In this document: positions 18,711 through 31,400 of the stretch, in pieces
Numbering within the stretch: position 1 is the first letter of the stretch
How the letters are laid out: every line of letters starts with the position of its first letter
Origin: a virus
Length of the DNA stretch: 64,000 nt
Virus record (IMG/VR): IMGVR_UViG_3300025617_000013
Coordinates: 1 to 64,000 of that record
Reading direction: 5' to 3' (one strand)
Notes under the pieces: generated by a model
Told to the model about the DNA's origin: nothing
The model's input: the letters and a program-made list of their open reading frames with translations, nothing else
Database searches by the model: none
Translations under genes and position numbers: made by a program

Positions 18711-19715
18711 ATGTCATTTAAACAATTTGAAAACGAAGACGTAATAGTAAGTGCAGATTCTGTATCATCCACAGTATGGTCTACTGATACTTACGAATTA
18801 ACCACATTCTTTACATCCTCTACCCAAGAAGCAGCTTCAAGTGGTGAGTACTATTTAAATGTATATCAAACAGGTTCAGATCTAGCTAATTCATCAACTC
18901 AATTTTCTATTGCATATGGTCATCAAAATGGATTAGGATCTACCGTATATAATAGTAACGTTGAGGGTAAATCACCTACTTCTACTATTTTCGGACAGTA
19001 TAGGTCTTTAGTATTAGGAGATGAAGAAAGAGATTTACTTTTTGGAGGAGTTACATCTACTAAAGGATTTTATGCTATATCAGTAGATCGAGCAAGATAT
19101 AAAGAAAAACTTTTACCAGGTACATTTAATATTACATTAGACGATGGTTCTAGTACACCACTAACACTTACAGATAACAGTGGACAAGTATCTACAGTAA
19201 CCTTTAACGATGCAGGAAGAGTTTACGATATTATTACCGGTTCAAACGGTACAGCTTATGATAGCGGAACAGGCTATACAGAAGGATCTTATGTAGCTTC
19301 TTACGGTAAATTCTTACCAGATATTGGAGTTATTATTCTAAACGGTCAAGCTCTAGATCATAGATTAACCGGTTTAAACTTTAATACTGGATCTGCAGTT
19401 ACTAATGGAGTTAATAATGCAACGCTTTTTAAAACACTAACAAGCTTTAAATTAAATTCTGAAGAAACTATTTCATCAAATTATGTTTTTGTAAGAGTGA
19501 GAAATAGTGAATTTAATTACTCTAATAACCCATCCAATATTACAGGTTCAGGAGAGCTTAGACATAATGCAATGGTGAACAATCCACAGGCTTATATTAC
19601 TTCTGTCGGTCTTTATAATGATAATAACGATTTATTAGGTGTTGCAAAATTATCTAAACCGCTATTAAAAGACTTTACAAAAGAAGCCCTAATAAGAATC
19701 AAACTTGATTATTAA
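18711..19715 (+). CDS. baseplate/fibre-attachment structural protein
   Basis: C-terminal EFNYSNNPS...YITSVGLYND..DLLGVAKLSKP domain. Confidence 0.75.
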   Translation: MSFKQFENEDVIVSADSVSSTVWSTDTYELTTFFTSSTQEAASSGEYYLNVYQTGSDLANSSTQFSIAYGHQNGLGSTVYNSNVEGKSPTSTIFGQYRSLVLGDEERDLLFGGVTSTKGFYAISVDRARYKEKLLPGTFNITLDDGSSTPLTLTDNSGQVSTVTFNDAGRVYDIITGSNGTAYDSGTGYTEGSYVASYGKFLPDIGVIILNGQALDHRLTGLNFNTGSAVTNGVNNATLFKTLTSFKLNSEETISSNYVFVRVRNSEFNYSNNPSNITGSGELRHNAMVNNPQAYITSVGLYNDNNDLLGVAKLSKPLLKDFTKEALIRIKLDY

Positions 19716-19718
19716 TGA

Positions 19719-20768
19719 ATGGCTGCCTACAAAAAATTAAAAAGAGAAGACTCATACTTAACCACGTATGTAGCTCATAAATCCTTCACAGTAAGTGGTA
19801 GTCAACACGACGATTTAGGAGTAGAAACTTATATAGGTATATCAGGTTCTGGAGCATGGCTGCCAAGTGGCAGTGATTCTAGACTAGTAGGTACAGATTT
19901 TGAACATGATACTAGATTAGTATACAACAGTATACACCACCTATACTACTCGGGGTACGACAGTACAGGTTTACCTTCTACAGGATCAGATTCAGTTTCA
20001 GGGTCTGCTTATGAAAACTACTTACAGAGTTCCTATACAGCTTATCAAAGAAGAGCTCAAGAAGATTTTACTGTCATCTCTATACCTAGAGAATTATTTG
20101 GTACATACATTAAACCAGGCAGCGTAAGACTACATCCAGCAGAGATTATATCTAGCTCAAATTATGCTTTTGACTCTAGCAACCCATCTGATGAATTTGT
20201 ATCACAGAGTTTTGTCGATACTGTTGGTACAGTTTATGGCGGTACTCAAGTACTTCAAGACGGAGATTATGTAGAAAACGAAGGTAACTATGTAAATGAA
20301 TTAGTAGAGGAATTTGTTACACCCGGCTTTGACGACTATAGCACAGTTCTAATAGATGATAAAAACGGTAACTTAATTCTCTCAGCTTCTAACCCACAAA
20401 GGATTGTCGGTAATGTTATTTACTCACATGGTATGATAGTTATAACTAACCCTCAGGTTGGTGCCTACTACTCATATTATTTCTCAGGTAGCTTATCTTG
20501 GCAATCTTCCCATCCTATTTATACATATAACTACCATTGTCCTATTAAGGAAAATGAATTTAACTTTAGTTCAAACCCGTCTTCTATAAAAAATGGTACT
20601 TCCGGAAGTATAGCAGACAATATAACAGGAAGTTACTTCAAACCTTATTTTACGACAGTAGGGTTATATAATGATGCTCATGAATTAGTTGCTGTCGGTA
20701 AATTGGCACAACCAACACCAGTATCAGATAATAATGAAACAACAGTAGTCGTAAAACTAGATATGTAA
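19719..20768 (+). CDS. baseplate/fibre-attachment protein, paralogous C-terminus to 18711..19715
   Basis: EFNFSSNPS...YFTTVGLYND..ELVAVGKLAQP. Confidence 0.75.
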   Translation: MAAYKKLKREDSYLTTYVAHKSFTVSGSQHDDLGVETYIGISGSGAWLPSGSDSRLVGTDFEHDTRLVYNSIHHLYYSGYDSTGLPSTGSDSVSGSAYENYLQSSYTAYQRRAQEDFTVISIPRELFGTYIKPGSVRLHPAEIISSSNYAFDSSNPSDEFVSQSFVDTVGTVYGGTQVLQDGDYVENEGNYVNELVEEFVTPGFDDYSTVLIDDKNGNLILSASNPQRIVGNVIYSHGMIVITNPQVGAYYSYYFSGSLSWQSSHPIYTYNYHCPIKENEFNFSSNPSSIKNGTSGSIADNITGSYFKPYFTTVGLYNDAHELVAVGKLAQPTPVSDNNETTVVVKLDM

Positions 20769-20771
20769 ACC

Positions 20772-22406
20772 ATGGCAATAACATTAAGAAATAATAAAGG
20801 AGCTTCTTTAACATATGAAGAATTAGATTTAAATTTTCATAATTTCTTCTATTCAGCTTCTGTTAGTAGCGATAGTAAGCAATTAACCTTACACTATACC
20901 GGTAGTGCACTCCAATCAGCAGGCGGTATCAATATAGCTTTAAACACATATACAGGATCTTCAGAAGTAGCAGGTAATGTAAATGAATTTCAATATAACC
21001 TAGACGGTACTAACTTTGCAGGAGCATCCGGACTAGTATATGACTCAGCTGTTAATGGAGTAGGTATCGGAACTACTTCTTTAAATACTGGAGAAAAATT
21101 TAGAATAGAGGGCGGTAATGTAGTCTTAGAAGACAGTAGCTTATATATTTCTCAAGGAAATCTTTCAGGTAGTATTTCATACGGAGGCACAACCAGAGAT
21201 ATGAGTATTAGAAACTGGCATGTTGATAACAACTCAGATATAGTATTTTTTGCAGGTGGAGAAGAAAGATTCCGTATTAAAGGAGATGGTACTTTAACTC
21301 AAAATGGAGCTGACAGTAGTTTAGGTAATACTGTATTAAGTGGAAGTATAGTTTTCGGTAAGACACATGAAGATACTTACCGTAGCAAGTTGATGACTTG
21401 GGATTCAGCTAACCTTAGAATAGAAAATAATAACACATACAACCTACTAAGAGGTAACGAAAGAGGAATTATATTAGAAGGACCACAAACAGGACAAGTC
21501 GTAGTAGGTGTACAATCAACCTCAGGTAATGAAGGATTCTCAATCATTTCAGCTCCTCCTACATCATCTGACGAACCTACCTATAATAAATTAGTAGCAA
21601 ATTTTGCAGCTAATGGAAGCGTTGGAATAGGTACTTCTGATACTCCGAATGGATATTTACTAACTGTTTCAGGTAGTATCTCTGGTTCAGCCGGAATGTA
21701 TATAGCAGGCAATACAGTTGTATCAGGATCACTAACTTCTAGATCAAACTTGTTTGTTGATCAAGCAACCACTTTATCAGGTTCTGTCACATTAAACACA
21801 GTAAACAATGCAGCAAGTGCAACTAATTATGATTTCTTAGTTAGGGAAACTAATGGAAACGTAGCTAAACAAGTTAACGCAGCTCCAATTCCTGTAGGAG
21901 GTATTATAATGTGGTCTGGTACTATAGCAACTATTCCATCAGGCTGGTCTCTTTGTGACGGGACAAATAGTACACCAGATTTAAGAAATAAATTCATAGT
22001 AGGTGCACATTCAGATTTAAGTGGAACCGCTAAATCTAATATCGAAGGAGCTTCTAACTTTAATCAAACTGGTGGTGATATTTCTCACAATCATGGAGGC
22101 AATACAGGTAATCATACATTAAGTTCTTCTCAAATACCTTCTCATAATCATACATATAAAGATTCTTACTTTATAGAATACAATAACCCAGGAGTAGGAG
22201 CTGGTGGTGCTATAGGAGGAGTAGATTACGTCGGACCTACTAAGTACAAAGGTAGTGGAGATAGTGACGGAGACAACAGATGGGTATACTGGAGATCCGG
22301 AACTACAAACAATAAAGGATCAGGACAAGGACATAATCACAGTATTTCAACCGATAATCATTTACCTCCATATTTCGCCTTAGCTTATATTATGTATACG
22401 GGCTAA
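20772..22406 (+). CDS. short tail fibre with tail-collar domain and HxH receptor-binding tip
   Basis: IPVGGIIMWSG...GWSLCDG..TPDLRNKFIVG; HNH motifs; LPPYFALAYIM. Confidence 0.85.
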   Translation: MAITLRNNKGASLTYEELDLNFHNFFYSASVSSDSKQLTLHYTGSALQSAGGINIALNTYTGSSEVAGNVNEFQYNLDGTNFAGASGLVYDSAVNGVGIGTTSLNTGEKFRIEGGNVVLEDSSLYISQGNLSGSISYGGTTRDMSIRNWHVDNNSDIVFFAGGEERFRIKGDGTLTQNGADSSLGNTVLSGSIVFGKTHEDTYRSKLMTWDSANLRIENNNTYNLLRGNERGIILEGPQTGQVVVGVQSTSGNEGFSIISAPPTSSDEPTYNKLVANFAANGSVGIGTSDTPNGYLLTVSGSISGSAGMYIAGNTVVSGSLTSRSNLFVDQATTLSGSVTLNTVNNAASATNYDFLVRETNGNVAKQVNAAPIPVGGIIMWSGTIATIPSGWSLCDGTNSTPDLRNKFIVGAHSDLSGTAKSNIEGASNFNQTGGDISHNHGGNTGNHTLSSSQIPSHNHTYKDSYFIEYNNPGVGAGGAIGGVDYVGPTKYKGSGDSDGDNRWVYWRSGTTNNKGSGQGHNHSISTDNHLPPYFALAYIMYTG

Positions 22407-22446
22407 TTAGCGAATTGGAGCGTATTTATAATAAAGGACAGACAGA

Positions 22447-25400
22447 ATGGCTATAACGTTTAGAGACGAAAAGGGTGCTCCTCTAACTCATGAGGAATTA
22501 GATGCTAATTTTAGGTCGTTTTTCTTTACTGCATCCTTTGGAGATAACAACTTAACTCTTCAAAGAAAAGACGGAGTAACAGTAAACGTACCAGTTGGTG
22601 GAGAAGCATTTGCTGACTTTCAAGCAAATGGTGGATCTATTGGTGATGTATTTATAGCTAACAGTCAAATGACTGGTAGTAGAATTATTATAGATCTACT
22701 ACAAGGTCAATTCTACGACAAAACAAAAGCAATGAACTCCGATGGAGGAGGTCTGAGCTCGGATGAATGGTATATAGATTTTGAACCGGCAGCATCTGCT
22801 CCTTACTATGTACATTTTGGTTCTAATTTTGCAATTTCTTCTAGTGGACATCTGTATGCTTCTGGAGCTGTAATAGAAGGGGATATAACTGCATCTGGCG
22901 GACTTATTGGAGGTTTCTCTGTTAATAGAGATGCAATTTCCGGTCCTCTAACACTCGGTACTCCTTCCTTCTTTATCTCAGGTTCAGCAGGTAATGATGA
23001 TCACTTTATATCAGCTTCTAACTTTAATATAAAAGGAAGCGGGGATATTACAGGTTCAGCTGTATTATTCTCCGGAGGTACTATTGCCGGTTGGGATATA
23101 ACTAACTCTCAAATACGTAAAGGGTCAAATATAGTGTTAGATGCTACGAACGAAAGTATCTACATTAATAACTCTACTTTCGGTAATGAAGGTATTCAAT
23201 TAGAATACAATAGTGGAGCACCAAGATTTTATGTTGGAGACGGTTCAAGTAGTTTTGTTAAGTATGACGGAACTAATGTCACTGTAGCAACAAGCCTGCT
23301 AGAAATCTCAGCATCTAATATAGAAATATCATCTACCGAAGCTTCTATGTCTTTAGGTAACGGAAATATTGAGCTTTTAGGTCAGGATGGTAAAATTATA
23401 GCAGGTACTACTAATAAGGTAACTCTACAAGGAAATGCTACAGATGCATTTTTAGTAGCAGGTACAAAAACAGGATTTGCAACAGATGATGCCGGTATTA
23501 TAATCGGTATGGATGCTACTGTTCCTACATTGGATCTTACGAAAGATGCAAGTAACTATGTAAGGTTCGATACAACAAGTGGTGTTGATATTAAGACAGA
23601 TACGTTTAAGTTAGATACAACTTATTTCGACATTGATACAAGTACACAAAGACTTAATATATTTGATACTGCTTCTGCAGAAATTATTAGATTAGGAGAA
23701 ATATCAGATGATGCTTCTGATCTATACGGTTTAAAAATTTATAACGGCTCTGGTACCGGTAGTGCTGATACGATAGCAATGTTCGGCCAACAGGGTAATA
23801 AAATCGGAGGTTGGGAAATAACCGACTCTCAGATAAGAACAGTACCTAGTTCTGGTTTTGGAGGTTCTTACGGAGCTGATGAAACAGGACTTATAATACA
23901 TTCAGATGGTAAGTTAGAATCTTCTAATTTTGTTACCAATGTTAAAGGGTGGAGAATAGATACCGCCGGTAATGGTTCTGCTGAATTTGAAAATATGAGA
24001 ATACGTGGTACTTTAAGAACCACAGTATTTGAAAAAGAAAGTGTAAACGTAGTCGGAGGACAATTAATGGTTGCTAATGCAACTACTATTGAACCTCTAC
24101 GAGATGCTGATGGAACTATTATAGCTGGTTCATCTTCGTATGCAGATACAGCTGTTACTTTTTCTGTAGCTAATGTTTCTGGATTTGCAGAAGGAGAAAT
24201 TATAAAAGCAAAATCAGTAGATGCAACAGGTTTTTCAGTAGAGTACTTCTACGTATCAGGTAGCTCTAGATATTCAGAACATGGTAACTTATCCTACAAT
24301 ACAGGTTCCATAGACCCTGATGGATTAGCTGGAGAGATATACGTTGAAAGATCGTTTGGAGGAGCACCAGCTGCTTCTTCATCTCTAACTACCCTATCTT
24401 CCGAAATACCAGATGATATAGTTACTACTATTGATGTAACTTCTGCTACAGGTATTACCACTCAGAATATTTTAAAAATAGGTGATGAGAGGTTAAAAGT
24501 TACCGCTATCAACGGCACTACTTTTACTGTAATAAGAGGGTACCATGACACAGCTCCTAATTCTCATATAAACGGTAGCACAGTCTTTTTAGTAAATACA
24601 GATAATGAATTTTTAGCAGGACTAGTATCCTCAGCTAAACCATACAATGAAGGTCAAGTATTAGTTTCTACCGGTGTATATAATCCTTCTGAAAATATAT
24701 CTTCTGGGTATATCCTAATGAATGCTAATCCTAGAGATGTTTCTACTCCATATATGGATATAGTAGAAAGAACAGGATCAGGAGTATATGATTTAGAATT
24801 AAGATCTAGATTAGGTGACCTATCAGGTTTATCATCAGGCTACTTATACGGTAATAACGAACCAGGATTTGGTTTATATACTGAGAATGGATTCTTTAAA
24901 GGTGCTATTACTGCTGATACAGGATCTATAGCAGGTATACTTCATGTAGCAACAGTACAAGGAGGTTTAGAAACTGGACAGAAGATATCTATCGGTAGAG
25001 ATGTTTCTGGTACCAATGATGGTATATATGTAAACAACAATAACTACTGGTACACAGACGGTGCTTGGAAAGTAGGCGGTGCAACTAATTTTATATCTCT
25101 AGATAATTTTACTGATGGTAATCTAGTAGTAAGAACTGAAACCTTTACTTTAGATACTCCTAATATGATAATTTCTAGTTCCCTTAATAACGGAACTATG
25201 ACATTAGGTGCTAATGCTGATACTATTACAGAAACAGCAGAAGCAGGTATATACATGGACGGTAACGGCAAGTTTAGAGTCGGAACCGGAACTACAGGCA
25301 ACAATTACATATATTGGGATGGTAGTACTTTAAATATTAAAGGTGCTATCGATATAACAGGAGGTACGGGTGTTAATACAGACGAACTTAATGCTGCTAC

Positions 25401-28400
25401 TAGCTCAGCCATAACTACAGCTAATGAATTTACTAATCAGTCTACAGCATCACTATCAGGTTCTATATCCGATGTAACAGATGAACTTGATGATAAAATA
25501 TTTACTGACAGTACCGGTAGAGCAGTAAAAGCACCAACAGCTAACACAGAAGGATTATATTTAGCATCTACTAATATAGGATTCTATAAAGACGGAGAAT
25601 GGAAAACCTACATGGATAATGAAGGGGATTTCTTTTTAACTGGATCGGCAGGAAATAAATTAGCATGGGATTCTTCAACAGGAGTCTTAGAAATAGCTGG
25701 TGCAATTAACATAACCGGAGGTAATGCAGCAACACAAGATTACGTAACTGGCAGTATTGACAGTATATCAGGTTCTTTAGCTAGCTCTATATCATCTTCT
25801 AATTCTGAATTATCTAGTTCTATTAGTTCTTCTAATGCTACACTAGTTAGTCAACTTAATGCAGTAGAATCTTTAGCGGAAGGAAAAACATCTATATTCA
25901 AACAAGCCACTGCTCCTGCTACTGAAAGTAGAATTAATGGAGATATGTGGATCGACTCTGACGATCAAAACAGAGTATACATTTTTGATATAGGTACTGA
26001 AACCTGGGTAACTACACCAGACGGCACTTACGATCAAACAGACCTTATAAATCAAACATCTTCTTCTTTATCTGGCTCTATAGCTTTAGATATATTCACA
26101 GATGCAACCGGTAAATTAGTCAGAACACCAGATACTTCTTCAGCAGGACTTTACTTAGGAGATACTAACTTAGGGTTTTACGATGATGGTGAGTGGAAAA
26201 CATACATGGCCAATAATGGTAATTTCTACCTAACAGGTAGTGATTCAAATTACCTATTTTGGGATGGTACTAGTTTAAATATAGCAGGTTCAATAAATAT
26301 TACTTCTGGAAATGCAGCAACAACAAGCTCAGTTTCAGATGCACAAATAGCAGCTCAGAATTTCGCAGCAACAGCTTCTGCTAATGCAGTAACAAGTGGT
26401 AGTAATGCAGCAGATGCAGCTTTAACCTCATCTATAGATTACGCTAATCAAGCTACTGCTTCTTTATCAGGCTCTATAGCAACAGATATTTCTGCTTCTA
26501 ATCTAAATGTTAATCAAATATCAGCATCACAAGCATTAATAAATGACGGAGTAACAGGATTCTTAGACGGTAAGAACTCTGTATTTAGACAACAAACAGA
26601 ACCTAGTTCAACTGGAAGAGTAGATGGTGATATTTGGATAGATACCAATAGTGATCCTGCAAATAAAGTATACGTATGGGCAACTGATACATTTGTAGCA
26701 ACACCAGACGGTACCTACGATCAATCAGGACTTATAAGTCAAACATCAGGTTCGATAGCTGCTGACATATTTACAGACTCTACTGGTAAATTAGTAAAAA
26801 CACCTAATCTATCAGGAGCAGGTTTATTCTTAGGAGATTCTAACTTAGGATTTTACGGTGACGGTAAGTGGAAAACTTACATGGCTAACAACGGTAACTT
26901 CTTCCTTACAGGTAGTGATGGCGGTTTCCTAAAATGGCAAAACGGAGCACTTGAAATCAAAGGTTCTATTAATATAGTCGGTGGAAATGCTGCAACACAA
27001 GATTTCGTAAATTCAGCAACAGGCTCAATTTCAAGTTCTTTATCAAGCTCTATAAGTGATAGTTTTATAGCTAACTCATCTTCAGCTGCAAACGCTCAAC
27101 AAACCGCTGTTATAGCATCCGGAGAAGCAGCATTAGCTGAACAAACAGCTTTAACCGCTTCTGCTTTAGCAACAACTGCTACAGAAAGAACAGTAGATGC
27201 AGATGGTAAAATAACATTTAATCCAACACCTTCAGGTACTGGATTATTTATGAGTGCTGATAACTTAGGTTATTATGATACTAATACTTGGAAAACTTAC
27301 ATGTCTGCATCAGGTGATTTTTATCTTGCTGGAGACGGAAATAACGGACTTTCATGGGATGGTTCTGATTTAAGTATTGATGGTACGATAGTAGCTAGAG
27401 ACGGTTCAATAGGAGGTATAACATTAGAAAGTAATAAACTATACAACGGAACAGGTACACACGGTAACTCTAATACAGGTTTCTATATAGATTCTTCTAG
27501 TAAGTTTTCATTAGGAGATAAATTAGTTTGGGACGGAACAACCCTTACAGTTTCAGGTAATATAACAGTTACTAATTCAAATGATTTTGCTTCTCAAGCG
27601 GAGTTAGATGCAGCAACAGGCTCATTACAAAATAGTATAGACGGTATTAATAGTTCTACTAGCTCATTAGTAAATCCATCTTCTTATGCATTTGGAGGCG
27701 GTGGGTTTAGTTTAGGTAACGTACCAAGTCCTTCTGCCGGTCTACATTTAGGAGCAGATAAATTAGGATACCACAATGGTACCTCTTGGCTAACTTACAT
27801 GGATAACTCAGGACACTTCTTACTATCAGGTTCAGGAGATGATTCATTATCTTGGAATGGAGCTACTTTAAGAATAGGTTCACCAGGTGTAGGTCCTTCA
27901 TTAGCATATCAATTTGTCGGATCTTTAGATACCAACGTATTTGATATATCTTCAAACTTAACAGTAACATCAGTAACATCACCAGTAGTTGGAGTCAAAT
28001 TACGAACTCCTTCAGACGGATGGAATAATGGATTACACTCCAAAGCTCTTTTTGACAGACAAGACGGAGGTATATTTGAATGGGATATTGTAGTAGGACC
28101 TCTTAACGCTAGAATGATGTTTGGTCTTTATAAGGAAAATCCATCATCCTTTTCTTACAGTCAGTTACCACATGCAATCTATATCGATACTTCAGGTAAT
28201 ATATCGATATACGAAAACGGAGGTAGCCCTTCAGGAATCTTAGCATCAAATGATTATACAGCAGATAACGACTATTCAGAAAATCAACAGTATAGGCTTA
28301 GAATTCAACCTCTACCGACAGGTGCAAGATATGAAATATTTAAAGATGGTGATTTCACAACACCTCATTCTACCTATGATTCATCTGCAAATGGAGTTAC

Positions 28401-31400
28401 AGAGAGATATCTAAGACCAGGTATTTCAGTATATGAATCTGATCCTAATGCCGGAGTTATAGTACAAGCTATAGCTGGAGGTTCTAGTTTAGGAATAGCA
28501 ACTAAAATATCAGGTAATACGATTCAAACAGGTGTATTAGAATCATCTAACTTATCTACTACTTTAGGTTCACAATTTAACTTAAATGACGGTACATTTA
28601 AATTAGGAGGTACTTCTTCACCTAAATTAAATTGGAACGGCAGTACATTATCAGTTGTTGGTAATATAACAGTTACAAACCCTGATAGCTTTGCAACACC
28701 TGCAGAAAAGAATAAAGAAGACTTTAAGATTATTCTTTTAGCTACAGGTAGTATAGGTTCTACCAATACAGACTCAGTAGCGTATCTAGCAAGTCAAGGA
28801 TATACAGGTGGTAACGGCAGTACTCACTTCTACGATAATAATAATGACTCAGACGGCAACACCAACCCTGCTAATATTTCAGGATACGATACTCAAGACT
28901 ACGATCTGTACATATTTGACTGTAGAAACTGGGCTATAAATGGTACAGAAATAAAGCTAGCTCTTGATTTATTTGATAACGGTAAATCGGTTCTTATAGC
29001 AGGTAATGATAACACAGTAGCAAACTATACAGGTTCTTATAATACAGAGTGGCCGATTAAAGCAACAGTAGCACGAAGCGGTACAGGCTGGATGGTAGGA
29101 CCATCAGCTTCGGGTAAAGGTTTACCTGCTTCTCATCCTATACTAGCAGGCATATCAGGTAATGTAGCAACTACAACTAGTGGTGATGGCGGTACAATAA
29201 TCACACAGTTAAAAGCATTTCCTAAAGGTGGAACAGTAGTACAGCCATTTTCTATCACAGATGAAACAACATCTGTAACAAATACAAATGATGTATTTAC
29301 AACTAGTGGAACTGGTCAAGGTATTACAAGTTTTATTGCCACTAACCCTAGAGGTGGTAGGATGGTTAATCTTAACTTATTCGCTTTAAATACCACAGGT
29401 GGGTATAGATCTCTATCAGAACAAGCAGCTAAAAACTTAACAAGTTTCTTACTTAGAACAGACCCTGCTATCGAAGCACACTATATGCAGGTTACTTCTA
29501 TTACCGGTGAAATGGTAACAACAGGTAAGATTAATTCTTCTAACTTAAATGAAGGATCTGGTACATACACTACTGCCGGTACATTATTTGATTTAGATAA
29601 TGGCGCAATAAAAAGTAAATCTTTTGCAATCGATAGTTCAGGTAATGCATTCTTCAAAGGTAATCTTTCAGGTGCTTCCGGTACATTCTCAGGAACATTG
29701 TCAGCTACAGCTGGTACTATTGGAGGTTGGACTTTAGGTAGTAATACTTTATCTAGTACTGGTATTGCTGATACTTCCGGGTATACCACAGGAGGTATTA
29801 CCTTAAATGCAAACGGTAACGGAAGTATACATAGTAAAAACTTCTATATAGATACATCAGGTGATGCATTCTTTAGAGGAAGTTTGAGCGGTGCAGATAT
29901 TACAGGAGCTACAGGTACTTTTGCCGGTCAAATAGAAGTTGGAGGTCAAAACCTAGATTCGGTAATCACTCAAACCTCTACAAATCAAAACTCATTATTC
30001 CCTAATCCTGACTTTGGAGAAATAGATCCTATATACACCTACAGACCATTTGGTGTATTTGCTACATATGGAAGTAATGTACGAGAAAATATCAGCTATT
30101 CAGGCTCTAATGCGGAATCAGGAATATTAGAACTACAAAGTGATAGTGACACCTCTATAGGTATGGCATTCTCAGCATTTACAGTAATACCTGGTCAAAC
30201 ATATAAGTTCTATATACGTATAGCTCATGAAGTTAATACGTCATCTAATGGAATGTATATTAGAGTTTATGAATCAACTAGCACATTAAGTTCAACTGAA
30301 TTTTTTGTATCACAAAATGGTGCAAGTACAACCTGGGAAACCGGAGGTAAAGCTGGAACTGCTAGACCTCTTGAGAATAGAACTATAGATGGTGTAGCAT
30401 CTTTTAGTGCTTTTGAAGACATTGCTTTCCATACTGATTATAAAATTTATCAATTTACTTATACAGCAACTTCTACTGCTAAAGCAGCATCTGTAAATAT
30501 TTTAAACTGGACTGGAGGCGGAACAAACGGACTATACGTATCTAGAATGTCTGTTATCCCGGTATCACAAGATGTTTATACCGGTATCATAGGGGGTTGG
30601 ACTATGGATAGCACAGGTATATTTGCCGGACCAAAAGATTCAAATGGATATGCAGACGCCGGCGGTATTACTCTATCGGCAGGTGGTTCTATACATGCCA
30701 AACAGTTCTACATAGATACCACAGGTGATGCATTCTTTAAAGGTACTTTAGCTATCGGTACAGGTAATAATATATTTAAAGCTACACCTGGTACAGGTAT
30801 ACAAGTTGGACATGCAACATTTGCATCTGCACCATTTAGAGTTACCGAAGCAGGATCAGTATCAGCAACCTTAGGAAATATAGGGAACTGGATTATTAGT
30901 TCTGGTGAATTGAGAGACAGTACTGGAAGAATTGAATTAGATCCTACAGATAGAGCTATTAGGATAAATGACAGTGGCGGTACTAATAGAGTAGAGATAA
31001 GCTCAGAGAATCTAAGCGCAGTATCCCCTACTAGAGCATTAGATGCAGGGTATGCTACTTTTGAAACCAGCATGTATACTAGAAGAGATTCTTCCTCTGT
31101 CGCAGCAACCGTTGCTTTTGATCAATCTAGTACAACTACTGTAAACCAGAAACTCTTCCAATTGGCTCAGTATACATCTTGGGGACCAGGTTATAGCGGT
31201 AGAGATATAAGTGCTTACAAATATACATCTGGATATACACACAGCGGTGGAGATCTACCTGTCATTCTTCCTATCGCAAGTAACCCAAGCACAGGTAGAC
31301 TAACTGTACAAGTACCAGACCTATCAGACACTGGATATCCGACTAACACTTGGTACGATAAGTTTTCTGCAGCTTTTCTCCAACCAAACCAGATGAATCT

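Noticed and set aside
25495-27880. Fibre repeats as a CRISPR array or DNA repeat element
   Set aside because: They are degenerate, in-frame protein repeats without identical direct repeats or spacers.
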